Positions 47,892 through 50,931 of a stretch of DNA of 50,931 nt are shown one piece after another. Numbering within the stretch: the stretch's first letter is position 1; each line of letters opens with the position of its first letter. Origin of the DNA: Alphaproteobacteria bacterium (lineage in GTDB: Bacteria > Pseudomonadota > Alphaproteobacteria > UBA6615); assembly GCA_003230015.1 (NCBI GenBank), contig QIGO01000189.1, positions 1-50,931 on the forward strand, given 5' to 3'. The notes below the pieces were generated by a model. The model worked only from the letters and a program-made list of their open reading frames with translations, did not search any database and was not told the origin of the DNA. The translations under genes were made by a program, and so were the position numbers.

Positions 47892-48908
47892 CTAGCCCTG
47901 TTGATTTTTCCAAACCGAGAAGCCCCACATCGCGTCACGTGTCTCCTCCAGATTGTCCTGGGTTATGACGAATCCCGGATCGAGTAGCAGCTTCTCCGGC
48001 TTCTCGCCAGCCCACAGATCGGTGAAGGCGCCGAATGCCATGTCGACCTCGAGAAACAGGTTCTGCACGCCGCAGGCGTCGAGAAAGCCATCGAGCAGTC
48101 GCTGATAAGCACCTTCGTCACCGTCAAAACCAGCGAACAGAACGTGCCCCTCCTCGCCCCGCTTGTTCCACTTGCCGGCGATCTTCAGCGCCTGCTCGAT
48201 TTGTGGGTGCAGGAAGTCGGAGGAGGTGACAAGGAAGTTGATGTCGGGATTGGCTTGCAACGCGTTGGTCAGACCGGCAAAGGCCTTGTCGGCGTTCCAT
48301 TCTGTCGAGATTCGGGAGACCACTTCGATGATGTCTTTATTCTGGTCGACGATGTCGAAAAATCCGTCGCGGCGCTGGATCGCGTTGACGTCACCAAGGT
48401 CGCCGATCAAGATCGCTGCCTTGTAGGTCCCGCCGATGCGCTTGGCTTCGTCGACCAAGAACTGCACGGTCTCTCTCATGATCGCCCGATTGTCGGCTTG
48501 TATTGCGACGGAATAGGCGTCGCTTTCCGCCGGCGGGCGGTTGAAGTGCACCATCGGGATACCGGCGGCGTTGGCCTCGCGAATAGCGGGGATGACGGCG
48601 TTGGCGTCGGTCTGAATGATGAGGATACCATCGACCTCGCGCTCGATCATCGCGCGCACCTGTTCGAATTGACGGTTGTCGTCGAAATTCGAGATTGCTT
48701 CCAGCGTTTCCCAACCCCGCTTTGCCGCTTCTTCGCGCATGATCTCGATGCCCGTGACCCAGAATGGCGAAACGAGGCTGTCGAATAACAGGGCTACGGT
48801 CTTGCCTTCCTGTGCCTTTACCATTATCGGCAGACCGGCCGTGCCGGCCGCAAGTAAACTGCCGATCGTGAAGGCGCGACGGGTTATACGCGGAGTGAAT
48901 CCACTCAT
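47892..48908 (-). CDS. Sugar ABC substrate-binding protein with a Tat-like signal
   Basis: TRRAFTIG twin-arginine motif, SPFW, ANAAGIPMV, N...R..GF, GFDG. Strong GGAGGAGG RBS. Confidence 0.9.
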   Translation of the reverse strand: MSGFTPRITRRAFTIGSLLAAGTAGLPIMVKAQEGKTVALLFDSLVSPFWVTGIEIMREEAAKRGWETLEAISNFDDNRQFEQVRAMIEREVDGILIIQTDANAVIPAIREANAAGIPMVHFNRPPAESDAYSVAIQADNRAIMRETVQFLVDEAKRIGGTYKAAILIGDLGDVNAIQRRDGFFDIVDQNKDIIEVVSRISTEWNADKAFAGLTNALQANPDINFLVTSSDFLHPQIEQALKIAGKWNKRGEEGHVLFAGFDGDEGAYQRLLDGFLDACGVQNLFLEVDMAFGAFTDLWAGEKPEKLLLDPGFVITQDNLEETRDAMWGFSVWKNQQG

Positions 48909-48948
48909 TTGCTGCTCCTCCTCCTTGGTCTGGATACCAGACTTGTCA

Positions 48949-48989
48949 AATTGGTCTGACCATTCTACGTGTAGTTCATGGCTGGTCAA
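48949..48989 (-). promoter_or_regulatory. FadR-type operator overlapping the putative promoter of the ABC operon
   Basis: AATTGGTCTGACCATT (48949-48964) matches the TGGT-N3-ACCA FadR consensus. Minus strand TTGACC-N16-TAGAAT at 48989-48962. Confidence 0.7.
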
Positions 48990-49108
48990 TATGAGAAAAT
49001 GCAGCGGGCCTCGCGCCGACGTCGGGTGCGCGGGGGCTTTTGCATGGGTAATGTGGGGATTGGCCGCTCTAGGTCCATGCCGGCACAAGGATGTAACGAG
49101 AGTTGAAG

Positions 49109-49969
49109 ATGGGTAGAAAATCGAAGGGCGCCACGGCGACGTTCCCGGCATTTGATCCGGCGAAGAGCCTTCCGGTCTCGCGGCAGGGGTTGGCCGAGTT
49201 CGTCGTGACCCACATCCTGGAATCCGTCCAGGTCGGCCTACTGCGGCCCGGCGATCGGCTGCCGTCCGAACGAAACTTGGTCGAGATCTTCGATGTGAGC
49301 CGGCCGATTCTGCGTGAGGCCCTGCGGGCTTTGTCGACCCTGGGCGTGGTCGGCACCCGGCACGGCGGCGGCGCGTTCATCACCGACCTCAATGCCAAGT
49401 CTTTGCTGGCGCCGTTGGACTTCTTCCTTTCCCTGTCGGAGACCAACCTACACGACGTTTTCGAGAGCCGGCGTGCGATCGAGGGCGAACTGGCGCACAA
49501 AGCGGCCAAGTTGGCGAGCGCTGAGGACATCGGCAAACTGAACGCTCTCATCGCCGCCCATGCCGATGTCGGCAGTGACCCCGTTCGTTTCCGCATTCTC
49601 GACAGCCGCCTGCATGAACTGATATATGCGATAGCCGGCAACGTCGTGCTCGAACGTATGGCGACAGGCCTTTACAGCATGGGGCAGAACATCCGGCGCC
49701 GCGCCACGACGGACGCCGCACTCATCTCCCAAAGCACGAAGGATCACGCGCGCATCGTCCGTGCGATCAAGTCCGGCGACCCGGACAAAGCCAAGGCCGC
49801 AATGGTCAAGCATATCGACCACATCGAAAAGAGCACACTCCGGACAATGGATGAGATGCGTCGCGACATGCAACACACACTCGTGGCCGAGACCGATCAA
49901 AGCGCCTCCGGAGCCAGGGGCACCCGGTATTCAAAGCGGACTTCCTCGGCCAAGAACGCTGCTACCTAG
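49109..49969 (+). CDS. GntR/FadR-family regulator
   Basis: PGDRLPSER.L...F.VSR..LREAL, HGGG.F, FCD domain. Divergent from the ABC operon. Confidence 0.92.
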   Translation: MGRKSKGATATFPAFDPAKSLPVSRQGLAEFVVTHILESVQVGLLRPGDRLPSERNLVEIFDVSRPILREALRALSTLGVVGTRHGGGAFITDLNAKSLLAPLDFFLSLSETNLHDVFESRRAIEGELAHKAAKLASAEDIGKLNALIAAHADVGSDPVRFRILDSRLHELIYAIAGNVVLERMATGLYSMGQNIRRRATTDAALISQSTKDHARIVRAIKSGDPDKAKAAMVKHIDHIEKSTLRTMDEMRRDMQHTLVAETDQSASGARGTRYSKRTSSAKNAAT

Positions 49970-50406
49970 GCCGAGTGCTCCAAACCACCGCCAGACGCTT
50001 GGCCGCCATCACCGCGACGAGCGTGAGGCCCCAGAGGGCGAGCGTCAGTTGCTGGCTGAGACCAAGCAGATTGAAGCCGCTTGAGATGGTCTGCAGGATC
50101 GCCAGGGCAATGAGCAGCCCGTAGATCCGGCCAAAACCGCCAAACGGATCGACGCCGCCCAGAATCGCCGCCGGGATCGTGGTCAAAAGATTAACTGACC
50201 GAAGTCGGCACCGGAAGACCATTGATATCGCCCCATAGTCACGATCGCCGCCACCCAGCACAGCAGGCTTGAGAGTATGTAGACGGAGAAGATGACGCGG
50301 CGAGTGTCGACGCCTGAAAACCGCGTCGCTTCGGCGTTGGATCCCGTCATACGGATGCGCACGCCCAGCGGTGTCCGGGTCAGCAGCACATGCATGACCA
50401 TTGCTT
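49962..50406 (-). pseudogene. Sugar ABC permease 3' remnant, truncated by IS6 and frameshifted
   Basis: LLTRTPLG...GSNAEATRFSGVDT in one frame and ILGGVDPFGGFG..SGFNLLG in another (shift near 50190). The 5' part is replaced by the IS6 end. Confidence 0.85.
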
Positions 50407-50931
50407 GGCGCTGTCAAGTTGCGGAACTGCAGTCGTATGAATATCGGGTGCAGGTTGTTCAGTCGGCACGGGTCGCGTCGTGCCATTTGGTCATGGCAGC
50501 GGCGCGGAACTGTCGTAATGTTCTTCGGGAAATTAGATGACGCCGGACGTTGAAGTTGTTGTAGACGGCGGCATGTATGGAAAGAAATCGTTGCGCTGAT
50601 CCGGCCGACTTGCAGCGTTGCATTCGTCGTTCGCGCTGCCGAACCGGTCGGTGACGATGGCGTCAGGGACGAAACCCTGTTTCTTCAACAATTGCGTATC
50701 AATTTGAGTGCGGCTTTCTTGTTCCTCCGGGATTGAACTGGGATATCCAGCACTTCGCCTTCACAATCCATCGCCCGCCACAGATACATGCGCTTGCCGT
50801 TAATCGTCACGAAAACCTCGTCGAGGTGCCATCGGGCATCTGATCGCGAGCAAGATTTCCGCAGCCTGGCAGCATAGGCCCGCCCAAACTTCAGAGCCCA
50901 GCGCCGCACCGATTCGTGCGAAACGTCAATG
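50407..50931 (-). mobile_element. Degraded IS6-family element (runs off the window)
   Basis: IR GGCGCTGTCAAGTT at 50407. WHLDEVF..YLWRA.D.EGEVLD, a frameshift near 50690, and an internal deletion between VTDR and VRQRERRMQR. Confidence 0.88.

Noticed and set aside
1-50931. CRISPR array, tRNA, rRNA or recognisable structured ncRNA
   Set aside because: No regularly spaced repeats or RNA-gene signatures seen by eye in any intergenic region. A covariance-model search was not possible.

Overview
A GC-rich, alphaproteobacterial-looking accessory region (plasmid or genomic island). It is a mosaic of small-molecule catabolic modules cut apart by insertion-sequence scars (IS21, two IS5 remnants, three IS6, IS3, IS110, IS481). 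Modules in order: (1) 546-13265, an IclR-led operon with E1alpha/E1beta but no E2/E3, an SDR, a 2-hydroxyacid dehydrogenase, a TRAP transporter, an (R)-amine-transaminase-like class IV enzyme and an MlrC-family amidase, divergent from a tandem-domain unknown protein and a ThDP enzyme. (2) 13561-20732, a tetronate-type otnK/otnC/otnI operon interrupted by an AT-richer sugar ABC cassette, with otnC reduced to a deletion remnant. (3) 21899-30505, a Ugp-type ABC system with an IMPase and a GpdQ/CpdA-like phosphodiesterase. (4) 30717-40489, a carbohydrate ABC system, an alpha/beta-hydrolase fold lacking its catalytic residues, a HutC-type GntR, an HpcH aldolase and a split aconitase X with non-canonical motifs, linked by a recurring TATATA operator-like motif. 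(5) 40517-44211, gene debris including a WYL-protein tail and a DUF3841-like gene. (6) 44259-50400, a FadR-regulated sugar ABC system. I saw no rRNA, tRNA or CRISPR array. All calls come from motif recognition by eye; no database searches were run. Modules 1 and 4 are the best candidates for undescribed pathways.
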